A DNA stretch of 64,000 nt from Promethearchaeota archaeon (GTDB lineage: Archaea > Asgardarchaeota > Lokiarchaeia > Sigyniarchaeales > SOKP01). This document shows, in pieces, positions 28,817 to 37,709 of the stretch. The stretch's first letter is position 1; every line of letters starts with the position of its first letter. A model generated the notes under the pieces. That model did not search any database, was not told the DNA's origin, and saw only the letters and a list, made by a program, of their open reading frames with translations. Location of the stretch: the NCBI GenBank assembly GCA_019894975.1, contig JAGXNO010000012.1:11081-75080 (forward strand), read 5' to 3'. The position numbers and the translations under genes are program-made.

Positions 28817-29206
28817 TTATTTTACCTCCACAAATCCTTCTGCCCCATTAACAACTAATTTTTGCCCAGTTTTTATATTACTGATGTCAATTTTATCTAC
28901 ACAAGGAATTTCACTAATAATACAACCAACAGCTATGATAGTATCAATCTGCTCGTTTACGATTGCAACCGGAGCTGTGTTATTTTTCTTCATTCTATAC
29001 ATAGTATATGAACCCACTGTTGATCCTTTTCCTGATGGAAAGACTAATACTTTTCCTGTTATAGATTGACCTTCAAGTTCGTGACCTACCTCAACCACTT
29101 TACCAGTATCTGGATCAACACCACCATAAAAGGAAATTCCATCTTTTGTTACAATTGCTTCTGCTTCGACTGTTCCTTTATAAATTTTTCTTCCTGATAA
29201 TTTCAT
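28817..29206 (-). CDS. Phosphomevalonate dehydratase small subunit (AcnX swivel, DUF126)
   Basis: ISFYGGVDPDTG, GQSITGKVLVFPSGKGSTVGS. Confidence 0.92.
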   Translation of the reverse strand: MKLSGRKIYKGTVEAEAIVTKDGISFYGGVDPDTGKVVEVGHELEGQSITGKVLVFPSGKGSTVGSYTMYRMKKNNTAPVAIVNEQIDTIIAVGCIISEIPCVDKIDISNIKTGQKLVVNGAEGFVEVK

Positions 29207-30396
29207 TTGGTGGCCTCCTCAATACATTGTTCAATTGATCCAATTTTTACTTTAAACTTGTTTTTTGCACGACCATAATAGCATGCTTTTGCTGAATCCA
29301 CCATAATCCCCTTGAAACGGCCTTTTATAGGAGCGACAACGCAACACGTATCTGCTGCAAATTTGGCTCCTGCATTTTCTATAATTTTAGAGTATCCCGC
29401 TTCATCCGCAATTCTTTTTGTGGGTCGTGCTGTTGTAATCCAGAATTCTTTCATTACTCTCTTTCCTTTCAATAGATGAGCTATGTTTGCAATTTCATGA
29501 ATTGATGCATGAGGACAACCAATACTAACAAAATCGATTTCAAGATCCTCATCAATCAGTTCAGAGCGAGTTTTATTCAGATCATCCTGGGTGATTCTAA
29601 ATGAAATCTTATCTGGTCTAGGATATTTATCATACTCAGGAGTTATCGTTTCCATGTGAAACAAAGCAGTTCCTCCATATGTTGCAACGGAAGCACAAAA
29701 CGATTTTAGTTCCTCAACGGTTGCACTTGAAATACCGGTTATGAAGGGGATTTTCTTACCCAATTCAACTAATTTATCCCCAATTATTTTTCCTAAAACA
29801 CCAAATTGATCTGTTCCTATAATTTGAGCGTTTACTTCAATTAATACTTCACTGTGACGGTTTTCTTCTAAATGATATCCATATCTTGGCGTTTTTCCAG
29901 TTATTGCTGCTGCTAAAGCACTAGGACCTCCTTCACGATTTGTTCGAGCACCAATAACTGAATTAGCATAACAAACAGCACTACTTTCTGCCCAAGCAAG
30001 ATGTTGACCAAAATGTGGGGTATTTCCAATTAAATAGGGGGTACAAGAACATGTAGTTATTATCCCCATCTTAGCAAAAGCATCTATTGCCCGATTTTGG
30101 TTTTTTGCGAATTCTTTATCAATTCCTAATACTTCCCAATTCTCTCGATCCATTCCAGCAGGATTAAGGGTAGTTAAAACCCTGACCTTTCCATCTTCTG
30201 CCATTTCGCTTAAGAACTCTAATCCCGCTTCCCCAAGATTAGCATATGAAACTCCCGCTATTTGAACACTGATAACATCAACCATATTTTCAGCTTCAAA
30301 TATCTCACCTAATGCAGTTAAAATCTCCATTGATTTTTTAGCTGCTTTCCCAAATTTACCTTCGAGCATACCTCGTTCTTCAGGGGTTAAATCCAT
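29203..30396 (-). CDS. Phosphomevalonate dehydratase large subunit (AcnX catalytic, DUF521)
   Basis: QIAGVSY, CSCTPY, AWAESSAV, GARTNREGGPSALAAA, IGCPHAS, DTCCVV, SAKACYY. Confidence 0.93.
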   Translation of the reverse strand: MDLTPEERGMLEGKFGKAAKKSMEILTALGEIFEAENMVDVISVQIAGVSYANLGEAGLEFLSEMAEDGKVRVLTTLNPAGMDRENWEVLGIDKEFAKNQNRAIDAFAKMGIITTCSCTPYLIGNTPHFGQHLAWAESSAVCYANSVIGARTNREGGPSALAAAITGKTPRYGYHLEENRHSEVLIEVNAQIIGTDQFGVLGKIIGDKLVELGKKIPFITGISSATVEELKSFCASVATYGGTALFHMETITPEYDKYPRPDKISFRITQDDLNKTRSELIDEDLEIDFVSIGCPHASIHEIANIAHLLKGKRVMKEFWITTARPTKRIADEAGYSKIIENAGAKFAADTCCVVAPIKGRFKGIMVDSAKACYYGRAKNKFKVKIGSIEQCIEEATK

Positions 30397-30414
30397 TATT
30401 TTTCACTCCGAGTT

Positions 30415-31716
30415 TTAAAAATATTTGTTTACATCAACTTTAGGAAAGTCTGCTAAATCAAAACTCTTCCCTTTAACTACAAGTGGTTTAGTAAAGTCAA
30501 AACCCATTTTAGTGGTCATTTTCGTTCCGGGTTCCGCACTTGGATCTAGACTGCTTCCTGGTTCTTTTTCTTTTATAATCATACGGGAATCGCCTTGAAA
30601 TCGAGTTGCCATAGCCCATTCTACAGACAAAGGATCATAAATATCAATATCTTTATCCACAATAAACACATGTTTACAGCTAGTGTGTCCTGTAAATGCC
30701 CCTTCAATTGCTTTTTTTCCATCTTCTTCTGATTGCTTATCAATCTGAACTATAGCATGCAACCAAGAACACCCACCAGGATTAACGTTTACATCCAAGC
30801 ACTTCACACCAGTTTCATTTACTTCTTTAAAGATAGTGGGTTCCCGAGGCATACCCATTAATAATTTGTGTTCAAGAGCTCCTGGTAATAATGCTTGCCA
30901 GATTGCATCCTTCCGATGAGTTATTTTTTTTACTTCAAAAATAGGTTCTTCCCTAATGGCATCATAAGTCTCTGTTAAATCGACAAAGGGTCCTTCAAAG
31001 TGCCGTTGTTCTAAATAAACTCGACCTTCCAAAATAAATTCTGCCTCTGCAGGTATTAAAAGATCAACTGATTTTGCTTTTACTACCTTAATAGGTTCCA
31101 AAGCATTGGCAATATGCAATTCATCAACTCCAATATCTACTGAAGTTGCTCCAGCAATTAAGATATTAGGAGTATTTCCTATACAAAAGGCTACATCTAA
31201 TTCTCCATTTTTTTCTAAAAATTTAGAAAAATGACGACCCTTCACTATTCGAGTAGCAAAACTATCTTTTGAAAACTGCATTGCTCGATGGAAATCTAAG
31301 TTTTGCCCATAATCAGGATCTCTCGTCACACAAACCGCGGAACTAATGTAATTTCCACCATCATTTTCGCAATGAAATAATATAGGAATTTTGTCTAAAT
31401 CAACATTAGATTCAACAATTTCCTGACAAGGGGCTTTAGTTACAATTTCTGGAGCCGTACGCTTCTCAATTGCTTCTGAAAGCATTGGTATGAGATCAGC
31501 GGTTGTTACACCGAAATATGAAGCAACAACATTCTTTGTACAGAACACATTACCAGCCACCCGAAATTCTGATTCTTTTATATTGTTAAATATTACAGGA
31601 GTTGGCTCAACCTCCTTTAAAATCCCAGAAATTTCTAGCTTTCGGGATACTTCTACATCTACTTTTCGAAGTATTCCTTTATTATCAATTTTTTCTAAAT
31701 ATTCTCTAAATCCCAT
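30415..31716 (-). CDS. UbiD-family decarboxylase (anhydromevalonate phosphate decarboxylase)
   Basis: DGGNYIS, EGPFVDLTETYD, VDKDIDIYD..VEWAMATRFQ, SSLDPS; located in the MVA operon. Confidence 0.9.
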   Translation of the reverse strand: MGFREYLEKIDNKGILRKVDVEVSRKLEISGILKEVEPTPVIFNNIKESEFRVAGNVFCTKNVVASYFGVTTADLIPMLSEAIEKRTAPEIVTKAPCQEIVESNVDLDKIPILFHCENDGGNYISSAVCVTRDPDYGQNLDFHRAMQFSKDSFATRIVKGRHFSKFLEKNGELDVAFCIGNTPNILIAGATSVDIGVDELHIANALEPIKVVKAKSVDLLIPAEAEFILEGRVYLEQRHFEGPFVDLTETYDAIREEPIFEVKKITHRKDAIWQALLPGALEHKLLMGMPREPTIFKEVNETGVKCLDVNVNPGGCSWLHAIVQIDKQSEEDGKKAIEGAFTGHTSCKHVFIVDKDIDIYDPLSVEWAMATRFQGDSRMIIKEKEPGSSLDPSAEPGTKMTTKMGFDFTKPLVVKGKSFDLADFPKVDVNKYF

Positions 31717-31805
31717 AATGATATCCTTCCATACTTGTTTATTTTGATAATTTAAATAATATAGTGGTCTTTTTTAGAGGAGTTAAAGAACCACTTTTTA
31801 TAAAA

Positions 31806-33086
31806 CTAAAGGTTTTCACCTTCACTTAATTTTTTCAGGATTTCTTTTGCAATATCAACCCTTATTTTATTCTCCTCAATCATTTTCTTTGCTACTTTTT
31901 CTACCAAATTTTCAGGCACACCAGCGATTTTCGCTATATTCCGAGAATGAAGTGCCATATGACCTTTTTGGATACCTTCTGAGGCCAATGCTCTTAATGC
32001 TGCAACATTTTGGGCTAACCCAAGCGCCGCACATACTTGTGAAAGCTCATTTGCGCTTTCTACATTCAAAATTTTTAACGCTATACGCGCCATAGGATGA
32101 ATTTTTGTCATTCCCCCTATAATTCCGAGAGCAAGAGGAACCTCAATTTCTCCAACTAAATTTCCCTTTGAATCCAATGCAAATTTTGTCAATGGGGAAT
32201 ACTGTCCACTTAAAGAAGCATAAGCGTGAGCACCTGATTCGATAGCTCTTGTATCATTACCAGTTGCCATTGTTAATGCAACGATTCCATTCATTATACC
32301 TTTATTATGTGTGGTAGCACGATAAGGATCAGCTGCAGCAAATTCATACGCATTCAATATTCCTTCCACTACTTCGGAACCGCCTAGTAGTTCCTTATCA
32401 AATGTTGCTTTACTCTTAGCAATGCGATGTGTTGCTAGATTCGATAAAATCCGCAAATAAATTTTTCCTTTAGTGAGTTCTTCAATAAAAGGACTAATGG
32501 CTTCTGCCATAGTATTAACTACATTAGCCCCCATAGCATCCAGAACATTTACTAACAAATGAATAATTAACATCTTACCCTTTCCTGTTTTTAAATCTCG
32601 GAGCTCCAAATCAAGGGCACCACCACCCAATTTATTTAATAGTGGATCTTGTTCATTTGCGATTTTTAAAATTTGATCTTTATTATCGGAGATTAATTTT
32701 TTTGCGGATTCAATATCATGTATTTGGGTTATTTGAATCTGTGAAATCATAACTGATGGAACATTCTCCGAGTGAAATCCTCCATGCTTTCGAGCCATTC
32801 TGGCAGCATTAGATGCCGCTGCAACAACAGATGGTTCCTCAATAACCATGGGGATGATGTAGTCTTTATTATTGATTTTAAAATTAAAAGCTAAACCCAT
32901 CGGTAATTGAAAACTTCCAACAACATTTTCAATTAGAGTGTCAATCTGACTTGGTTTAAAATAGCCTAATGTGTTTAAAATTTCTATTTCATCTTGATTT
33001 AAATTAACAAGCTCAGATAACAATTTTCGACGTTCATCCATTGATAATTTGTAAAAACCGGATATATCTGAACGAAATTCTTTCAT
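31806..33086 (-). CDS. mvaA: HMG-CoA reductase, class II (bacterial/degradative type)
   Basis: IENVVG, EEPSVVAAAS, DAMGAN, RILSNL, RATTHNKGIMNG, GIQKGHMALH. Confidence 0.95.
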   Translation of the reverse strand: MKEFRSDISGFYKLSMDERRKLLSELVNLNQDEIEILNTLGYFKPSQIDTLIENVVGSFQLPMGLAFNFKINNKDYIIPMVIEEPSVVAAASNAARMARKHGGFHSENVPSVMISQIQITQIHDIESAKKLISDNKDQILKIANEQDPLLNKLGGGALDLELRDLKTGKGKMLIIHLLVNVLDAMGANVVNTMAEAISPFIEELTKGKIYLRILSNLATHRIAKSKATFDKELLGGSEVVEGILNAYEFAAADPYRATTHNKGIMNGIVALTMATGNDTRAIESGAHAYASLSGQYSPLTKFALDSKGNLVGEIEVPLALGIIGGMTKIHPMARIALKILNVESANELSQVCAALGLAQNVAALRALASEGIQKGHMALHSRNIAKIAGVPENLVEKVAKKMIEENKIRVDIAKEILKKLSEGENL

Positions 33087-33234
33087 TATCTTTTCACAAT
33101 TTTAAATATTAATAAGTTTTTCTAAATCACTGTCAAATTTGGTGATTTCTTTAAAATTGAAGGTTTGTAGTGCGAAGGATTAAAGATATTCTATATTTCA
33201 TTGGAAGTATTCAAAAATAATATTAGGGATAAAA

Positions 33235-34869
33235 TTAATAAACATGGTGTTCGGGAACTCCAATATAAATAGGAGCCCAATTAAGTAATCCTTTAGCATT
33301 CACATTTTGTTCATTCTCTGTTTCTACTCTCCTTATCTCATATTCTAGAGAATTACCTTTACTTACATTACCTGCTACTCTTACCAAGCCTTTGCTTAGA
33401 TACTTTAAATCGTCAGATGGTTTTGGAGCAATTGGCTCGGTAGTTAACTTTGCAAATAGGGGAAAAAATCGTTTATGAAATCCAGAATGTCCCTTAGGAC
33501 AGTTGTCTAATCCACTTATATTTGGAATTATACACCCTTCATCACAAAAATGAAGCGTAAAACCTCTTTTGTTATTTAATTCATGTTCAGCAATTTTCCC
33601 TACTAATATTATTGGATTCAAATCACCATTTTTACTTAGCTCATATTCTAGAACGCTTTTCTTATTCTTTAAGTGAATGAAATCATTAATCCATGGTTTT
33701 AATTTGATAGCCTCTTCAAACCCTTCCTGAATTTTTAGCAATCCTGAAATACAAGTAGCTCCCGAACCATAAGACCCAAAGTAAATTGTGTCGTTAGCAT
33801 GAGCATGATTTTCAATTAGGTATATGATCTGTGCCCACAATGCAGCATTGTACATGTTTCCAAAATGCATAGGCACTCGCAATTGAGGGAGTACTCTCGC
33901 TTTTATATTGGTATTCACCCAATTTGAGATTCTTTCTAAAGATGATGATGAAAAACCTCTTTCATTAAGTTTTAGATAAAGATATTCTGGTAAAACTGTA
34001 ACATCGTGTAGGAAGGCATCAATTTTCTTCAGGATTGATGATCTAACATTATGTCGTTCAAATTTGGGTAAATCGGTAATATGTTTGATCCAGCGTTTTA
34101 AAATGATCTGTTGCATAATTTTTAATGGTAATTTGGAGAATGGAGCATGAAATGTATAAAAATCTGCATGAAAATCTCCAATACTGCTAACTAAATCGTC
34201 ATACGCTTTCATTTGAAAGTCAATATAAGTGCTTTGAGAATAACTTCCAAAAGCTCTCGCATTTTTTTCATTCGCAGGCCTAAAAAAGTCATTTACGTTC
34301 CCGGAAATTTTACCGAATTTATGACTAAAGGCAGCTATTCTAGGGTTTTTTGAGATAACAAGCCCAATCGCGCCTGAACCTTGTGTAGGTTCACCAGGGG
34401 AGCCTAGATGATACCGAGATATGTCGCTACTGATTACAAGGGCTTTGTTTACCATCCCTTTTTCAATCATTGCGATTGCATTAAGAATTGCTAGCGTACC
34501 ACCTGCACAGGCGTTGTACGTATCCATAGTTAAGCTATTGGGCGATATCCCCAGCATTTCGCCAAATATATTTGATATACTCTTAGCAGCATATACTTCA
34601 GTTTCTGTTCCTACGAATAAAGCATCGATGCTCTTAGGGGCGATGCCCCCTCTTTGTAAAGCATTATATCCTGCCTTGAGTCCCAAAGATATTATATCTT
34701 CGTCAGAATCAACGACACGCATTTCTTTAGATAAAAGGCCTTTTGAATACTTTGCCGGATCTACGCCCCTTGTTATTGCAAGATCCTCGAGCTTTACGAA
34801 ATTCCGTGGAGCGTGGAATCCTAGACTGTCAATTCCAATTTTTGAAAACAGATGATCATCAGAAATCAT
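33235..34869 (-). CDS. HMG-CoA synthase with internal insert and C-terminal Zn-ribbon/OB (DUF35-like) extension
   Basis: VGTET, catalytic NACAGG, GEPTQGSGA, DFFRP, FHAPF, GNMYNA, GSYGSG; tail CDEGC...CPKGH...YEIRR...G...W. Confidence 0.85.
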   Translation of the reverse strand: MISDDHLFSKIGIDSLGFHAPRNFVKLEDLAITRGVDPAKYSKGLLSKEMRVVDSDEDIISLGLKAGYNALQRGGIAPKSIDALFVGTETEVYAAKSISNIFGEMLGISPNSLTMDTYNACAGGTLAILNAIAMIEKGMVNKALVISSDISRYHLGSPGEPTQGSGAIGLVISKNPRIAAFSHKFGKISGNVNDFFRPANEKNARAFGSYSQSTYIDFQMKAYDDLVSSIGDFHADFYTFHAPFSKLPLKIMQQIILKRWIKHITDLPKFERHNVRSSILKKIDAFLHDVTVLPEYLYLKLNERGFSSSSLERISNWVNTNIKARVLPQLRVPMHFGNMYNAALWAQIIYLIENHAHANDTIYFGSYGSGATCISGLLKIQEGFEEAIKLKPWINDFIHLKNKKSVLEYELSKNGDLNPIILVGKIAEHELNNKRGFTLHFCDEGCIIPNISGLDNCPKGHSGFHKRFFPLFAKLTTEPIAPKPSDDLKYLSKGLVRVAGNVSKGNSLEYEIRRVETENEQNVNAKGLLNWAPIYIGVPEHHVY

Positions 34870-35241
34870 AGTTTATATCTTGTCTAAATTTTGACTGAAA
34901 AATAAAAAGTTAAGCTGTTATAGCTGTTATTTAATCTTTGATCAGTTAAATCCTTATTTATTTATTTAATTAAATGTTTTAGTTAAAATGGCTATTTAAA
35001 CATTGACCATTGAAACATATTTTCAACAATTCAAACTCTTAATAGTGTTAAAACTAGATAAATGAGATAATATTTCAGATAATTTAAGTCATTTTTGTTA
35101 AATAAGATTAAATATCTGTTATTTAATTGTTTTAAGTTGTGGAGATAAGATATTAGGGTCTATTTAGGGGGTGAACATTTAAATAGGTCACTATCTCTTG
35201 TGATTACAATAAGATAAAAATTTAGGAGTTTAGTAAACCTT

Positions 35242-36729
35242 ATGAAGATATATTTAAAGAGGTTAATTTTGGCTTCTTTCCTCATTTCAGTGATATTAAC
35301 TATCTCACCGAGTATCACAGCCTATTCCTGTAAGAGTACAACCGTCTGTGATGAGATTGGTTTTCAATATGAGCATACTCAATGCGGTGACGGTGAAGGG
35401 GGTATATTTATTGTATGGTCAGATGGTAGAAACGGGATAGATCTTGACATATACGCCCAGAGGATCGATGTGAATGGAGATATAATGTGGGAAGCTAATA
35501 ACACTGCTATTTGTACAGAGTCAGGAAATCAAGGAACCCCAAAAATTTGTAGTGCTGGAGTAGGTGGTGCGATAATTGTATGGTCAGATGGTCGAAGTGG
35601 AGGTGCTGGTGCGGGTATTTATGCCCAGAGAATCAAAGCAAATGGGAGCACTTTATGGAATGCGAACGGTTCCTTCGTATCTACAGGGGGTTTACGTCAG
35701 CTCTTCAGTGACAACAACGGTGGTGCAGTATTTACTTTGGGTAAATCGATAGATACAGATTATTATGCTCAACGTGTCTCTTCTAATGGAACGGCTCTAT
35801 GGGGTAGCGCGGGAGCGGTTATATGTAATGCGACTGATTCACAAGAAGACTTACAATTTTTTTGCGACGAGGAGGGAAATAGTTACTTTACATGGCATGA
35901 TTATAGAGAAGGAGAGATTGCACCAATGATTAAGGAATCAGATATTTATGCACAGAAAATTGATATTAACGGAAATGTACTATGGCAATTTAACGGTACA
36001 GCGGTCTGCACTCTTAACGGTTCTCAGTGGTATCCCCAAATTTGTACTGATGGAATGGGTGGAGCCATTATTAATTGGATTGATTTGTCGAGGGGACAAT
36101 GCTTTTTTCAGCGATTGAATTCAACTAGAGAAAGTCAATGGGAACCTAATGGAACAGCATTACTTAGTTCAGTGAATTTTCTTATGGTTAATCGCATGAT
36201 TAGTGATGGAGGAGGAGGAGCAATAATTATCATAGGCGGAACTGGATCCGGTCTTTATGCTCTAAGGATTAATTCAAGTGCAGGTTTAATTTATTTTAAT
36301 GAGTTTTACACCAACGAAAATGGAGGAATATTACGTCATGCCCAAATATGTAGTGATGGAGAAGGGGGATATTTTATTGCATGGGAGGAACCAGGACTCC
36401 CCCAAAAAAAAAATGTCGTGGCTCAGAGAATAAACGGAAACGGAATAAATATATGGTCTCTCAACGGTAAAGTTGTATGTGACTCTTTAGGTGATCAGGT
36501 TAGAATATCTATTACCAACAATGGTGTAGGTAAAGCAATTATTTCATGGGAAACTTGGCTTCCTGACAGCGTTATCCCGACCGACAAAAACATCTACTAT
36601 ACAATACTGAAGTCAGGTAATGAAACATCCATTCCATTCGGAAATACATACTTATTGTTTGCAGTTCTTTCTATACTGACCTTAGTTTTTATTGTAAAAC
36701 GTTATCCCCATCAAAATCCTAAAACTTGA
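35242..36729 (+). CDS. Secreted/surface repeat protein (probable beta-propeller) with C-terminal Loki-CTERM-like anchor
   Basis: Signal peptide; about 7 repeats of DG.GGA.I.W.D.R...DIYAQRI..NG...W..NG..IC; IPFGN-TM-KR tail. Confidence 0.75.
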   Translation: MKIYLKRLILASFLISVILTISPSITAYSCKSTTVCDEIGFQYEHTQCGDGEGGIFIVWSDGRNGIDLDIYAQRIDVNGDIMWEANNTAICTESGNQGTPKICSAGVGGAIIVWSDGRSGGAGAGIYAQRIKANGSTLWNANGSFVSTGGLRQLFSDNNGGAVFTLGKSIDTDYYAQRVSSNGTALWGSAGAVICNATDSQEDLQFFCDEEGNSYFTWHDYREGEIAPMIKESDIYAQKIDINGNVLWQFNGTAVCTLNGSQWYPQICTDGMGGAIINWIDLSRGQCFFQRLNSTRESQWEPNGTALLSSVNFLMVNRMISDGGGGAIIIIGGTGSGLYALRINSSAGLIYFNEFYTNENGGILRHAQICSDGEGGYFIAWEEPGLPQKKNVVAQRINGNGINIWSLNGKVVCDSLGDQVRISITNNGVGKAIISWETWLPDSVIPTDKNIYYTILKSGNETSIPFGNTYLLFAVLSILTLVFIVKRYPHQNPKT

Positions 36730-36853
36730 ACTATTTTTTTCTTCATTTATTATTAAAAATAAATAATTAGAAACGTTATCGCTAATATCGAAAAATTTAA
36801 TATTTTTGTATTAGATATAAACTTGAAATTAAACCACAATTAAATCTAGATAG

Positions 36854-37597
36854 ATGACATTTACTTTAGAAGAATTGAAAAAAGCAAATCAGGATAAGTT
36901 ACCACGACATATTGGGCTTATTGTTGATGGTAATAGAAGATGGGCAAAAAAAAGAAATCTTGATATTAATTTCGGTCATTTAGTCGGGTACGAAAACCTT
37001 AAAAAAAGACTTTTTGATTTTTTTGACGCAGGAATTCATTATTTAAGTTTGTATTTATTATCTCTTGAAAATGTAAAAAGACGAAGCTCTGAAGAACTTA
37101 ATTATATTTATCAGATAATGATCAAGGCTGTGGATACGGTGGTAAATGAATCGATAGTTAAGGAAGAGAAAGTAAGGTTCAATATTGTGGGTAAATTATC
37201 AATGTTACCCTCAGATGTAAGAGAAAAACTCGAAGAATTAATTGAATTTACTAAATCCCATGATCAAAATTTTATCAATCTGTGTATTATGTATGATGGA
37301 CATGAAGAAATAGTGGATGCGATAAAAAGCATTATTAAAGATCAAATTAATCCGGAGGAGATCAATAAGAAACTTATCAAGGGTTATTTATATGAAGGAC
37401 GAGAAAATTTTCCGGATTTAGATTTTATAATAAGGACAGGAATGGAAGATGGAGCAAGAATTTCAGGATTTTTATTATGGGATTCCTCCTATGCGGAATT
37501 TAAATTTAGGAACGAATTATGGCCTGATTATAATAAAGAAATGGTACTTGAAGACATAATTGACTATACAAAAAGAAGTAGACGTATGGGAAGCTGA
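36854..37597 (+). CDS. uppS: cis-prenyltransferase (undecaprenyl/dolichol-type diphosphate synthase)
   Basis: PRHIGLIVDGNRRWA, SLEN..RR, IIRTG...RISGFLLW, LWPD, C-terminal RRMG. Confidence 0.94.
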   Translation: MTFTLEELKKANQDKLPRHIGLIVDGNRRWAKKRNLDINFGHLVGYENLKKRLFDFFDAGIHYLSLYLLSLENVKRRSSEELNYIYQIMIKAVDTVVNESIVKEEKVRFNIVGKLSMLPSDVREKLEELIEFTKSHDQNFINLCIMYDGHEEIVDAIKSIIKDQINPEEINKKLIKGYLYEGRENFPDLDFIIRTGMEDGARISGFLLWDSSYAEFKFRNELWPDYNKEMVLEDIIDYTKRSRRMGS

Positions 37598-37709
37598 CTT
37601 TTTAAAAACTAATTTTTCTCTCTAATCACTTGATTTGACATTAAACCTAAAAATAAATATCAGAACAACCATTCATTATTAAAAGAGAGATTAAATTGTA
37701 ATTTTTATT

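Noticed and set aside
31763-33148. Imperfect intergenic hairpins at ~31763-31795 and 33124-33148 in the MVA operon
   Set aside because: Short, AT-rich and without a recognisable motif; could be processing sites but unsupported
34421-34855. 144-aa plus-strand ORF and other short ORFs overlapping long genes (e.g. 2291, 3795, 8175, 14249, 22698, 31490, 46590, 58146, 59220, 63018)
   Set aside because: Antisense or alternate-frame shadows of well-supported genes with no motifs of their own
34913-34930. AGCTGTTAT x2 direct repeat upstream of HMGS
   Set aside because: Only two copies and no second occurrence noticed; insufficient to call an operator
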